Part shown: positions 25,474-33,255 of the stretch, one piece after another | Layout: every line of letters starts with the position of its first letter | Numbering within the stretch: the stretch's first letter is position 1 | Assembly (NCBI GenBank): GCA_040752695.1 | Contig: JBFMGO010000066.1 | Span: 1-33,255, forward strand | Origin: a bacterium | GTDB taxonomy: Bacteria > SZUA-182 > DTGQ01 | Direction: 5' to 3' | Length of the DNA: 33,255 nt | Notes under the pieces: model-generated | Database searches by the model: none | What the model was told of the DNA's origin: nothing | The model's input: only the letters and a program-made list of their open reading frames with translations | Translations under genes and position numbers: made by a program

Positions 25474-28400
25474 TTACAGGTCTACCTCCAGCCCCAATTC
25501 CATGGCCAGGTTAATAATCGCCACTACTTCGTTAAGGTCGAACCGGTCGTTATGATTGGTATCACCGGGAACATAGGTTTTCCCTGCCGGTTTGCTCACT
25601 GTAGTAAGGTCCGTCCAGGCCAGGTGATAGTTGATGCCCGCCTGGATATCGGCTATGGTGAATGATCCGTCGGCATTCACGTCGGGTCCTGTGGCTGTTA
25701 CTTCCAGCGTTTCCGAAGTCTGGCCGCTGTCATAGCTTGCGGTTACGGTGTGAGTGGCGATACTGTTCAGGAGCTTCAGATCGGTGGTAATCTGGCCGCT
25801 GGAGTTGGTCTTGCCAGAGGTTACACTGAGGGAACCCTGATCGGTTGAAATGGCAACATCTTCATCAGCCATAGTATTCCCGTACCGGTCATAAGCAGTT
25901 ATGGTGATCGTTACCGTATCCCCCGGTGATGGAGCCAAGGTACTTGGGGAGAGCGAAATGCTGTCGTTTTCATCGTTCTCCGTGGTTTCAGCACTGATGG
26001 TAAAGGTCTTGGTAAGAGGAGATCCACTCAAGATTGCACCGTCAGAGGTTACCCCGCTGATAGTCATGGTATAGGTTCCGGCTTTTGTCCCGATATTCAG
26101 ACCTACCGAAGCGATACCCGATGAGTTGGTCCTGACTGTTATCGGGGAGGTGGTCAGGCTGGATCCGGTTTTTAAGGCTCCCGAATTCACCCTGAATACA
26201 CTGGTTACTCCATCGGCATCGATCAGGGCGTCGGAGCTGACACTGAAAGTGATTTCCGCACCCTCGACCATGGCGGTTGGATCCAGGACTTCGGAAACAG
26301 TCACCACAAAGGGGCCGACTCCAAAGGATTCCGAGGACCCCGCGGACAGGGTTTCACTGACATAGCTACAGGCTAGTTTCGGCGCTTCTTTGACATAAAT
26401 CGAGGTCGTGCTTCCCACGGCAGGAGAAACATCTCCATTGGGAATAGACACTTCCTGACCGGTGGTGTTATCGAGGATCAATAGTTGATCGGCGGCAAGC
26501 GAAGCGGGAATATCGAAGTAGACCTTGCCTAAAGTGATCTTATCGGTAGGCGCAGTTGAAAAAGGTGCGGTACCGTAGATGGAAATCATGAGACTCAGGT
26601 AGTCGTCACTGGAATTAAGGTCGATAATACTCGTCGTTACCGTGAGGTTGGTCAGACTCGAATCAAGGACAAAGGCAGTGTTAGGGTCGATCAATCCAAC
26701 GACATTGGCCGTACCGGCTGCATTCAGTACCTCGATTTCATTCTTATCGTACTTGATCAGGGCCTTGGCCGAGATAAGGTTGCCGGCTCCATTGTTATGC
26801 AGGACTACATCGAGGGGCACTCTCCCGCCTGGCGCGGTGACGGCACCCTCTGTGGTCGTATCGGCGAAAAGCCCAATGATCGCGCTCCCCTGGGATGCGT
26901 AGGTAAGTGCACTGGTTGCGGTATCCTCGACCAGATTGCTGGATGTATCGGCTACTCTGATATCGTATGTCCCGGCATTATTGGACGGGGCAGTAAAGGT
27001 GAGCTCAAAGGCATTGGTTATGGTCGGGGTTATCGCGCCGCCACTGCCAACATATACCCTGATATTCGTACTGTCGAAGAATCCGGAACCGATAATCTTG
27101 ACGGTATCTCCGCCGCTCTGCGGCTGGACATTCGTAACCACCGAGTTTATCAACATCTGGTATTTGACCTGGGAAGCCAGGAGTCCTCCGGGGCCATTGG
27201 CGATAAAGAGGTGATTTTTCTTCTTGAGTCCGCCTCCGTCCAGATCACCGAAAGCGATTCCCATGGCCTCGCCGTAGGTGTTCATACTCTCGCGCAGACT
27301 AATACTGCTGGGGTCTGCAATATCCAGAGAAAGAACCTTTCCGTAGCTCATGGCTACATAGAGGGTATTATCCGCATAGGCAATGTCGTAGGCCTTGCCG
27401 TCAACCTGTCCGCTCGAAGGGTAGATAGATTCTCTGACCGGAGAGGTGGGATCGCTGACATCGAGAATAATGACCCCCCTGGTGCCATAGGCGACAAACG
27501 CATACAGGGGATCGGTCGGATCGTCCAGGGTTACCGAATAGGCTTCGTGGTTCGATCCATAATAGGTGGAGGTGTACTGATAGGTTCCGCCATCCAGAAG
27601 AGCTGCATCGTCGAAACTGCCATCCTCATCAGGATCGAGCTCGACGATGGCTACACCCTGAGTGCCGGCAGCCACATAGACCAGGTTATTGCCGGTGTCT
27701 ACCGCTACACCGTAGGCATAGCCGTCAGTGATGGCGACCCTGGCTACTACCGCGATATCGCCGAGGTTTCCATCCGGCGCGGCTCCATTGCCATTGGCTC
27801 CGTTATCCAGGTTAAGGATGACCAGCCCGGCCGAACCATTGGCCACAGCCGCATAAGGAGTAGTAACACCGCCACTCGTGGCCGTGAAGTATTCGATATC
27901 TTCGGCTGCCGCCCCATCGGTGGTATTGTTGTTACCGGTCAGACTGTTGGCTGCCGTGGCATCATGCTGCTTTATGTAACCATCGAGGTTGGCTACTGCG
28001 GTGTCGGTCATCAATCCCGTTGCACCGGAGTCAACCAGTTTGACTCCACCCGTGCCATCCGCAACCAGGACGACGGAAGCGCCAAAGTTGGTAATAAAGC
28101 CAAAATCAATACCTCTGGCATCATAAATATCAAATGCATCATCCAGGTCTTTATCTGGATGTGTAGCAACCACACCGTCCCCATCCACATCGGTCAGGAT
28201 GACTTCCGCCCAGGTACTTGGGTCTGTCGGCGTAGCGTTAGGGAGAGTATACCGCCTGATACCCTTACTTCCGTCAGCGATAAAGACATAGTCCGATGCC
28301 GTAGACTCATCCGTATATAAAGCGATATCCTTGGCATAGCCGCCGAAATTGGAAGCGCTCGCCTTGTTGGTGGCAATCTTATGGTCAGCCTCATCACCGA

Positions 28401-30771
28401 CAAAACTGACCATGGCCAGATCTTCGGCAGTGGTAACATCCTCACCCAGGATATAGCCGTCACCGGCCACCATTACAGCGGGTGAATCCTGAAATACTTC
28501 TGCCGCCGATTGCAGGCCATCCTGTCCTGTGCCCCACAGAGAAGGAGCATATTGCGTAACATAGCCATCAGCGGCGCTTATGGCATAAAGATTGACTCCA
28601 TCGGTTATGATGCTGGCAACCGTGGCTGCACAGGCCGTGCTCGATGTACTGCCGGAAGCACCGGAGGCAAAATCCACAGGCAGGCGGACGAGCTTGGTAT
28701 CTGTCGTACCATCAACGCCGTATATGTAATCACCGAGAACTACTATGGGCTTGGAAGCTGTAGCGACAGCGGCGCTTTCCACGATATCGCCGCTCGATCC
28801 GAATTTACTGATATCGAGGCGGGCAAGTTTCGTACCGGCTTCAGCAATAGCCACATAGGTGTTATTCGGGTCGGTGGCTATGGCCGTGATATTAGCCGAA
28901 GTGGTTCCTGAAGTATCCCCGGCTGCACTGGCACCACTGGTAAAGCTGGTGCTTATCCTTGCTATCTCATTGAGAGTCCCGGTCTTTAGACCATATACAT
29001 AACTTCCGGCAATCACCAGTTGGACTCCGTCAAAAATAGCGGCACTTTCAATCAGGGCATCTGTGGCGTGGGTAAAATTATCTACATCCAATCTTCCCAT
29101 CACAGTGTTACCGCTTGCGCGGTAAAACACCGATTCTCCATCGGTATAAAGATTGGTAATAGCAGCAGCAGCCGTATCAGTGGTCGCTTCTGCCGCAGCC
29201 GTCAGGTCATCTTTTGGCATCCTTGCCAGTTTGGTCGTGGCCCCGGTGGCAACTCCGTAAATATAGTCACCTGCTGCCACGATGTTTGCGGTGATGGCAA
29301 AATGGGTATTGGTACTGGCTGTAGCTGTTACGGCTCCAGGAGTGATCCGGTATAACTTGCCATCACTTCCCGCTCCGTCATCTCCCAACACCCAGAAGTA
29401 GGTACCGTCGAAGATGGCCTTTTCAAGTGTTTCACCCACTATGCCGCCATCCAGGTCATCAACTCCAGCCGGAATAATCACCAAATTGATTTTGGTTTTG
29501 ATCAATCCGGCCTCACCCCAGGCAACGATCGGGTAAATCAGGTTAGACGAGTAATCGAAATCCATGCCATAGGCTGTTCCCTTCAGACGGTTATAGCTAT
29601 CCGTAGAATCGATGTAAGACAGAGCAGTCGTGGAATATTTCCCATGCGTGATATCAACCGGTGTGTTGGGGTCGGAGATATCAGCCACCATTACTCCTGC
29701 CTTGCCGTTGGCGATAAAGGCAGTACCACCGAATAACTTTACATCATAGCATACGGCAATGTTCCCGTTTTCATCGGTGCTGCTGGCCAAATGACCAATG
29801 GGAGTGCTGGGCAGGCTGTTCGGTGTGGTTACCTTGAAAACCTGCAAGCCCTGAACACCGTCAGCTACACAGGCATAGAGGGTGTCGCCGAAAAAAGCCA
29901 CGTCAACACCTGTAGCCGTACCGGTTGTATCTGTTTGATAGATATCATCTTCAGTGGGATAGGTTGGAGTTGTGTTCTCCAGGCCGGTAACGTCAACGGA
30001 TTTTAATCCCTCAACGCCATCGGCAATGAAAAGATAGGGATCGTAATCAACACCGTCACCATCAAAATCGTCACTGCTGTCATGGTCCACATCCGCCACA
30101 TAGACCAGATCACAGGCTCCGGTATTATTCGGTGCCTCGCTGTCCGTGTCCAGTTCGAGGGTTGCCTTCAGAGTCAAACTGGCAGGAGTAGTGACATCAA
30201 AGATATACAAAAGGGTGTTCGGCGGCAGCGGATCGCCACCTTCGACATTTACCTGTGGCCGATAGGCCAGCGCAAAAAGATAGTATTTACTGGTATTGCT
30301 TGTCTGGGCCACGGTTACTGCCCTGACATTGGCAATTCCATAGGAACTGGTCAGCGTCGGGGTGGCCGGTGTGTTAACATTAATGACGTACAGGTTTACT
30401 CCATCAGCATAAAAAGCATACTTTACACTGCTTATGGTCGCCCCATCCACAGCGGTTTTAAAATTGGCAATATCCAGACCTGAAGCCCCACCCGCATAAC
30501 TCGCGGTCAAGGCTGGATATTCACCCAATAATGCCGGCGTTGCAGCATTACTATAAACCTGCAAGCCACTTTCGTTACCTACCAGGTAATTCGTACCCAA
30601 TACCTTAACCGAATAGAAATTACCCCCTGAATGAGCCTGAGGATCAATTGATTGCAGGGTAGTGGCAGCCCACAGGGCGGGTGCGGCTGCAAACAGCGAT
30701 AAAACAACAAGCGTCAAGGCAAGCAAAAGGCTTTTGAGGGCTGTCTTTTGAGCTGTCTTTTTGGCTGACAT
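25474..30771 (-). CDS. Giant secreted surface protein: LVIVD repeats + repeat-built propeller + IPT/TIG + cohesin-like + two Ig-like (Big) domains + C-terminal dockerin-like domain
   Basis: Signal peptide after ATG 30771 (AAAGGA SD; the ORF track starts at 30828). Many YAFVA.G..G...DVSDP..P units; QSGGDTVKIIGSGF (IPT); VPLDV..IKYD..LGKVYF (cohesin); TNSSG (Big); DVNADG..TIAD and GDTNHND.FDLNE (dockerin Ca loops). Confidence 0.85.
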   Translation of the reverse strand: MSAKKTAQKTALKSLLLALTLVVLSLFAAAPALWAATTLQSIDPQAHSGGNFYSVKVLGTNYLVGNESGLQVYSNAATPALLGEYPALTASYAGGASGLDIANFKTAVDGATISSVKYAFYADGVNLYVINVNTPATPTLTSSYGIANVRAVTVAQTSNTSKYYLFALAYRPQVNVEGGDPLPPNTLLYIFDVTTPASLTLKATLELDTDSEAPNNTGACDLVYVADVDHDSSDDFDGDGVDYDPYLFIADGVEGLKSVDVTGLENTTPTYPTEDDIYQTDTTGTATGVDVAFFGDTLYACVADGVQGLQVFKVTTPNSLPSTPIGHLASSTDENGNIAVCYDVKLFGGTAFIANGKAGVMVADISDPNTPVDITHGKYSTTALSYIDSTDSYNRLKGTAYGMDFDYSSNLIYPIVAWGEAGLIKTKINLVIIPAGVDDLDGGIVGETLEKAIFDGTYFWVLGDDGAGSDGKLYRITPGAVTATASTNTHFAITANIVAAGDYIYGVATGATTKLARMPKDDLTAAAEATTDTAAAAITNLYTDGESVFYRASGNTVMGRLDVDNFTHATDALIESAAIFDGVQLVIAGSYVYGLKTGTLNEIARISTSFTSGASAAGDTSGTTSANITAIATDPNNTYVAIAEAGTKLARLDISKFGSSGDIVESAAVATASKPIVVLGDYIYGVDGTTDTKLVRLPVDFASGASGSTSSTACAATVASIITDGVNLYAISAADGYVTQYAPSLWGTGQDGLQSAAEVFQDSPAVMVAGDGYILGEDVTTAEDLAMVSFVGDEADHKIATNKASASNFGGYAKDIALYTDESTASDYVFIADGSKGIRRYTLPNATPTDPSTWAEVILTDVDGDGVVATHPDKDLDDAFDIYDARGIDFGFITNFGASVVLVADGTGGVKLVDSGATGLMTDTAVANLDGYIKQHDATAANSLTGNNNTTDGAAAEDIEYFTATSGGVTTPYAAVANGSAGLVILNLDNGANGNGAAPDGNLGDIAVVARVAITDGYAYGVAVDTGNNLVYVAAGTQGVAIVELDPDEDGSFDDAALLDGGTYQYTSTYYGSNHEAYSVTLDDPTDPLYAFVAYGTRGVIILDVSDPTSPVRESIYPSSGQVDGKAYDIAYADNTLYVAMSYGKVLSLDIADPSSISLRESMNTYGEAMGIAFGDLDGGGLKKKNHLFIANGPGGLLASQVKYQMLINSVVTNVQPQSGGDTVKIIGSGFFDSTNIRVYVGSGGAITPTITNAFELTFTAPSNNAGTYDIRVADTSSNLVEDTATSALTYASQGSAIIGLFADTTTEGAVTAPGGRVPLDVVLHNNGAGNLISAKALIKYDKNEIEVLNAAGTANVVGLIDPNTAFVLDSSLTNLTVTTSIIDLNSSDDYLSLMISIYGTAPFSTAPTDKITLGKVYFDIPASLAADQLLILDNTTGQEVSIPNGDVSPAVGSTTSIYVKEAPKLACSYVSETLSAGSSESFGVGPFVVTVSEVLDPTAMVEGAEITFSVSSDALIDADGVTSVFRVNSGALKTGSSLTTSPITVRTNSSGIASVGLNIGTKAGTYTMTISGVTSDGAILSGSPLTKTFTISAETTENDENDSISLSPSTLAPSPGDTVTITITAYDRYGNTMADEDVAISTDQGSLSVTSGKTNSSGQITTDLKLLNSIATHTVTASYDSGQTSETLEVTATGPDVNADGSFTIADIQAGINYHLAWTDLTTVSKPAGKTYVPGDTNHNDRFDLNEVVAIINLAMELGLEVDL

Positions 30772-30828
30772 CGTGGGTTCCTTTCTCCGTGAATATTCTC
30801 CTTGGGTGATCCATTTTCCACTTTTCAT

Positions 30829-31467
30829 CTACTTGTGCAATCCGATGAGAGATCCTATGAAACAGCTTCCTTTGCTGCCGGATGAACTGCCTGAATCAGC
30901 TACATCGAGCGTACTGTCGAAAATTTCTCCCGACTCGTCTGCTACTTTCAGCAGTGTGGCGCCGCTGTTGCTGGCCTGATTCGGTCCCTCCGAAATGTCA
31001 TGAGTAATGAAAACATCGTCAGCCGATGGAGTAGCCCCGGATTTGACCTTGAAGTTAATCGTAAACAGGTCTCCATCCGGTAAAGGAGTATCGTTATAGT
31101 CTTCTACTCCGACTCCGACTTTGATAATGCCCTGGCTATTTTTTGAGAGATTCGGTGTTACGTCTTTATTGATGGAATTGGCAGCGGAAGAAGGAGAAAG
31201 ATCCGCCTCGGTGAAGAGGGAAAAAACATTCAGATTGTATTCTATTGTTGTAGTAAGGCAAACAGGAACCGCACCTGAGCCTTTTTCAATCCCGAAGGTT
31301 ACCTTGTGGATAGCCTGTCCGGTACCTGAGGTTGTATTCTCTTTGCTTAAAACAAAAACGACCTGATCTGCAGCAGGCGCTGCCAGGATTTGAGCCGGGG
31401 GAAAGCCAGCTATCAAGAGAAATAAGAAGATGAAGATGAGGATATAAATCTTTGGCAAGCATTTCAT
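30829..31467 (-). CDS. Secreted cohesin-domain protein with Gly/Ser linker and CFI-type C-terminal tail
   Basis: Signal peptide; TTIEYN..VF, GIIKVGV and LPDGDLFTINFKVK fit a cohesin beta-sandwich; ends SGSSSGSKGSCFIGSLIGLHK; GGAGGG SD. Confidence 0.75.
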   Translation of the reverse strand: MKCLPKIYILIFIFLFLLIAGFPPAQILAAPAADQVVFVLSKENTTSGTGQAIHKVTFGIEKGSGAVPVCLTTTIEYNLNVFSLFTEADLSPSSAANSINKDVTPNLSKNSQGIIKVGVGVEDYNDTPLPDGDLFTINFKVKSGATPSADDVFITHDISEGPNQASNSGATLLKVADESGEIFDSTLDVADSGSSSGSKGSCFIGSLIGLHK

Positions 31468-31493
31468 TGAGCAGTCCCTCCATTCAGGATCCC

Positions 31494-31511
31494 TGTGGAT
31501 AATGTGGATAA
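31494..31511 (-). promoter_or_regulatory. Two abutting perfect DnaA-box 9-mers
   Basis: Minus strand TTATCCACA-TTATCCACA, 27 nt upstream of the cohesin gene start. Function unproven. Confidence 0.4.
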
Positions 31512-32062
31512 TGTATGAGTAGGAATGTTAGCAATTAGCACAACACGGACGATACCTGGCAAATGCATGTTTACTGATAATTTTTCGGCCTACCCCTCCT
31601 GTTTTGCAGTAGCCATTGAGACATGATACTCTGTGAAATCATCATTTGGTGAACCGAGAATGTAAACGATAAAAAAATCCAGATGGATTTCCCTCCTCTA
31701 TTTTTTTATATCGGTGATTCATCAATCTCCTTCACTTTCTATGGTGTCTATTTCTGGTGTATTAAAATTATTTTACTCTCTCCAGCGGACACTTTTAACA
31801 AACCCGCGTCTTATCGATACAAAGTACGCGTAGCGATACAAATTGGCCCAGTTCCATACTCTCAGTCAGAGAGCGACTCTCTGCTGTCAGTGATCAGGCC
31901 GCGTTGGAAGATATGCTGCGTAAGGCTGTCACCGCTGCTTCTGTGGCTGAGTGGGAGGGCATGATTGACGGGAGGTATCCTCTTGATGAAAAGCCGCATG
32001 CTCTTATCAATAAATCGATAATACATTCTATAAACAGATACGACATTCTGTCCTGCATAGTG

Positions 32063-32902
32063 TTAAAAATCATCCTTGCCTTTGACCGTAAAACCAAAAG
32101 GTTCCTGATCGGCATCCTTCTCTTTATCTTTATCTTCCTCTCTGTCTTTTCTATCATCCTTGTGGTCGAAAAACGCCGTTATTTCCAGAACCTTCCTTTG
32201 TCTGATCAAGCTCAGGATATTTTTATCTCTTGGCAGTTCGCACGTGCCGATGGAAATAACCTCCAGATTTTCCAGAGAAATCATTTTTACATTCAGGTAA
32301 ATATCATCACCCGCCACCTGGTAGGAACCATACACTATTGACCGCACTCCGGAAGAGATCAGCTTTTTCATCAAAGGATCGCTCTGGACGATAAGAGAAA
32401 AATCCGCTGTCCTGACCATCTGGTTCAAGAGCTCCCCCTCGGCCTTTTGCCCCGGACAGAGGATGCGAAAGTCATTAAGGTACAACTCCGTCCTGAGCTG
32501 TTCAGCCAGGTAGAGTCCGAAAGAGCTGACAGTATTTTCCCTGCCCAACTCCTGAATCGGGAGAACGAGCAAAGGGGCTTTTTGTGCATTGCTGATTTTC
32601 AAAACCGCGGTCAACTGCTCTGCCAGGAAAGGTACCTTGAAACGGCCGGCTGAATAATTGGGGTAATCATGAACAGGATATGGAGAGAATGCAGGCAGGG
32701 GAGAGTACCTTTTGCTTGTCCGGCCAAGATTGAGCCATGGGGAGCAGCCTGAAAGAGTGAAGGTTCCTGATAGAACGGCCCCCGATACCCAAAGGATAAT
32801 CAGCATAATGTCTCTCAATCCAGCCCTGGACCTGGCGGGGCTGTCCCTGAATCCTGATTTTGACATACCTGACCTTGCCATAAGAGTTCCATTTGCTTTC
32901 AT
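32063..32902 (-). CDS. FlgO/CsgG-like domain lipoprotein
   Basis: LSGC lipobox after a hydrophobic stretch (true start may be near 32809); SSFG.YLAEQL..EL, IVYGSY, IYLNVKMI......VIS; charged tail. Confidence 0.75.
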   Translation of the reverse strand: MKANGTLMARSGMSKSGFRDSPARSRAGLRDIMLIILWVSGAVLSGTFTLSGCSPWLNLGRTSKRYSPLPAFSPYPVHDYPNYSAGRFKVPFLAEQLTAVLKISNAQKAPLLVLPIQELGRENTVSSFGLYLAEQLRTELYLNDFRILCPGQKAEGELLNQMVRTADFSLIVQSDPLMKKLISSGVRSIVYGSYQVAGDDIYLNVKMISLENLEVISIGTCELPRDKNILSLIRQRKVLEITAFFDHKDDRKDREEDKDKEKDADQEPFGFTVKGKDDF

Positions 32903-32944
32903 GACAGCCTAATGGTGGAGGGGAAGAAACGTCAAGAACCTCTC

Positions 32945-32990
32945 CCGAAATACCTCCTCCCCTTTTTTAAAGGGGGATGGAGAGATTTTT
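32945..32990. repeat. Dispersed CCCCT-Nn-AGGGG palindromic repeat copy
   Basis: CCGAAATACCTCCTCCCCTTTTTTAAAGGGGGATGGAGAGATTTT. Confidence 0.55.
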
Positions 32991-33019
32991 AACAGAGAAT
33001 TCTCTTTTTGGGATAGGTT

Positions 33020-33255
33020 CTAAAAGAGCCTTTGCAGGTTGAGAAATAAATATCTTGTCTTAAGTTCTTCATTACCGAAGTTCAGGATTCCTTCCCTGAT
33101 GCCGGTTCCGACAAACCATTTTGGTTTGAGCAAGATATTTACCGCAAGGTTGATTCCCATGCCTGTCCCCAGATAAGATTGCGCCATGCCATTTTTATCG
33201 GTCACTTCTACCTGGATAAATCGGATATCAGGACCTAACCTCAGGTCCAGCAGGG
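33020..33255 (-). CDS. C-terminal fragment of a probable outer-membrane beta-barrel protein (runs off the window)
   Basis: Frame is open from the window edge (LLDLRLGPDIRFIQV...); alternating amphipathic strands; ends RYLFLNLQRLF with a terminal Phe (BAM beta-signal-like). Confidence 0.6.
   Translation of the reverse strand, partial: LLDLRLGPDIRFIQVEVTDKNGMAQSYLGTGMGINLAVNILLKPKWFVGTGIREGILNFGNEELKTRYLFLNLQRLF

Noticed and set aside
26797..28320. 507-aa plus-strand ORF and other long antisense ORFs (e.g. 21324..22169, 3599..4180)
   Set aside because: They lie fully antisense to well-supported genes and show no motifs; they are shadow ORFs from codon bias.
25474..31467. True cellulosome
   Set aside because: No glycoside hydrolase, CBM3 or multi-cohesin scaffoldin is recognisable in the window.
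31468..32062. Replication origin
   Set aside because: Only two DnaA boxes, no clear DUE or DnaA-trio array, and no dnaA/dnaN/gidA neighbours.
31683..32341. Small ORFs in and around the gap between the FlgO-like and cohesin genes
   Set aside because: No recognisable motifs or convincing SD, and they partly overlap the FlgO-like gene.

Overview
A 33-kb chromosomal stretch from an anaerobic diderm bacterium; the gene content looks Desulfobacterota/deltaproteobacterial-like, but the taxon is an inference. Left to right it contains: a RecA/KaiC-fold ATPase and a stand-alone EF-G (fusA, spdEFG1/mtEFG1-like) with a candidate structured RNA upstream; a multi-PAS hybrid histidine kinase; yceH; a SHOCT-like ORF; a metallophosphoesterase; a TRL lipoprotein; a 5'-nucleotidase; a sigma-54-driven orange-protein (orp)-like Fe-S/metal-cluster operon ending in an unusual IscU-like + Mrp/ApbC + NifB/NifX triple fusion; tRNA-Gly/Cys/Leu split by a GT9 fragment; a sigma-54-driven BON-like gene with a 45-aa small ORF; a lipoprotein; an OrpR-like PAS sigma-54 activator; patatin, DUF1232 and TPR genes; and a surface-protein locus. 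That locus encodes a ~1765-aa LVIVD/propeller/IPT/cohesin/Ig/dockerin protein, a cohesin protein with a CFI-type C-terminal tail, a FlgO-like lipoprotein and the end of a probable OM beta-barrel. The best candidates for something new are this enzyme-free cohesin-dockerin surface assembly, the triple-fusion scaffold, the fusA-upstream RNA, and a recurring pattern of short tandem duplications over gene 3' ends. All domain calls come from motifs read by eye; no searches were run.
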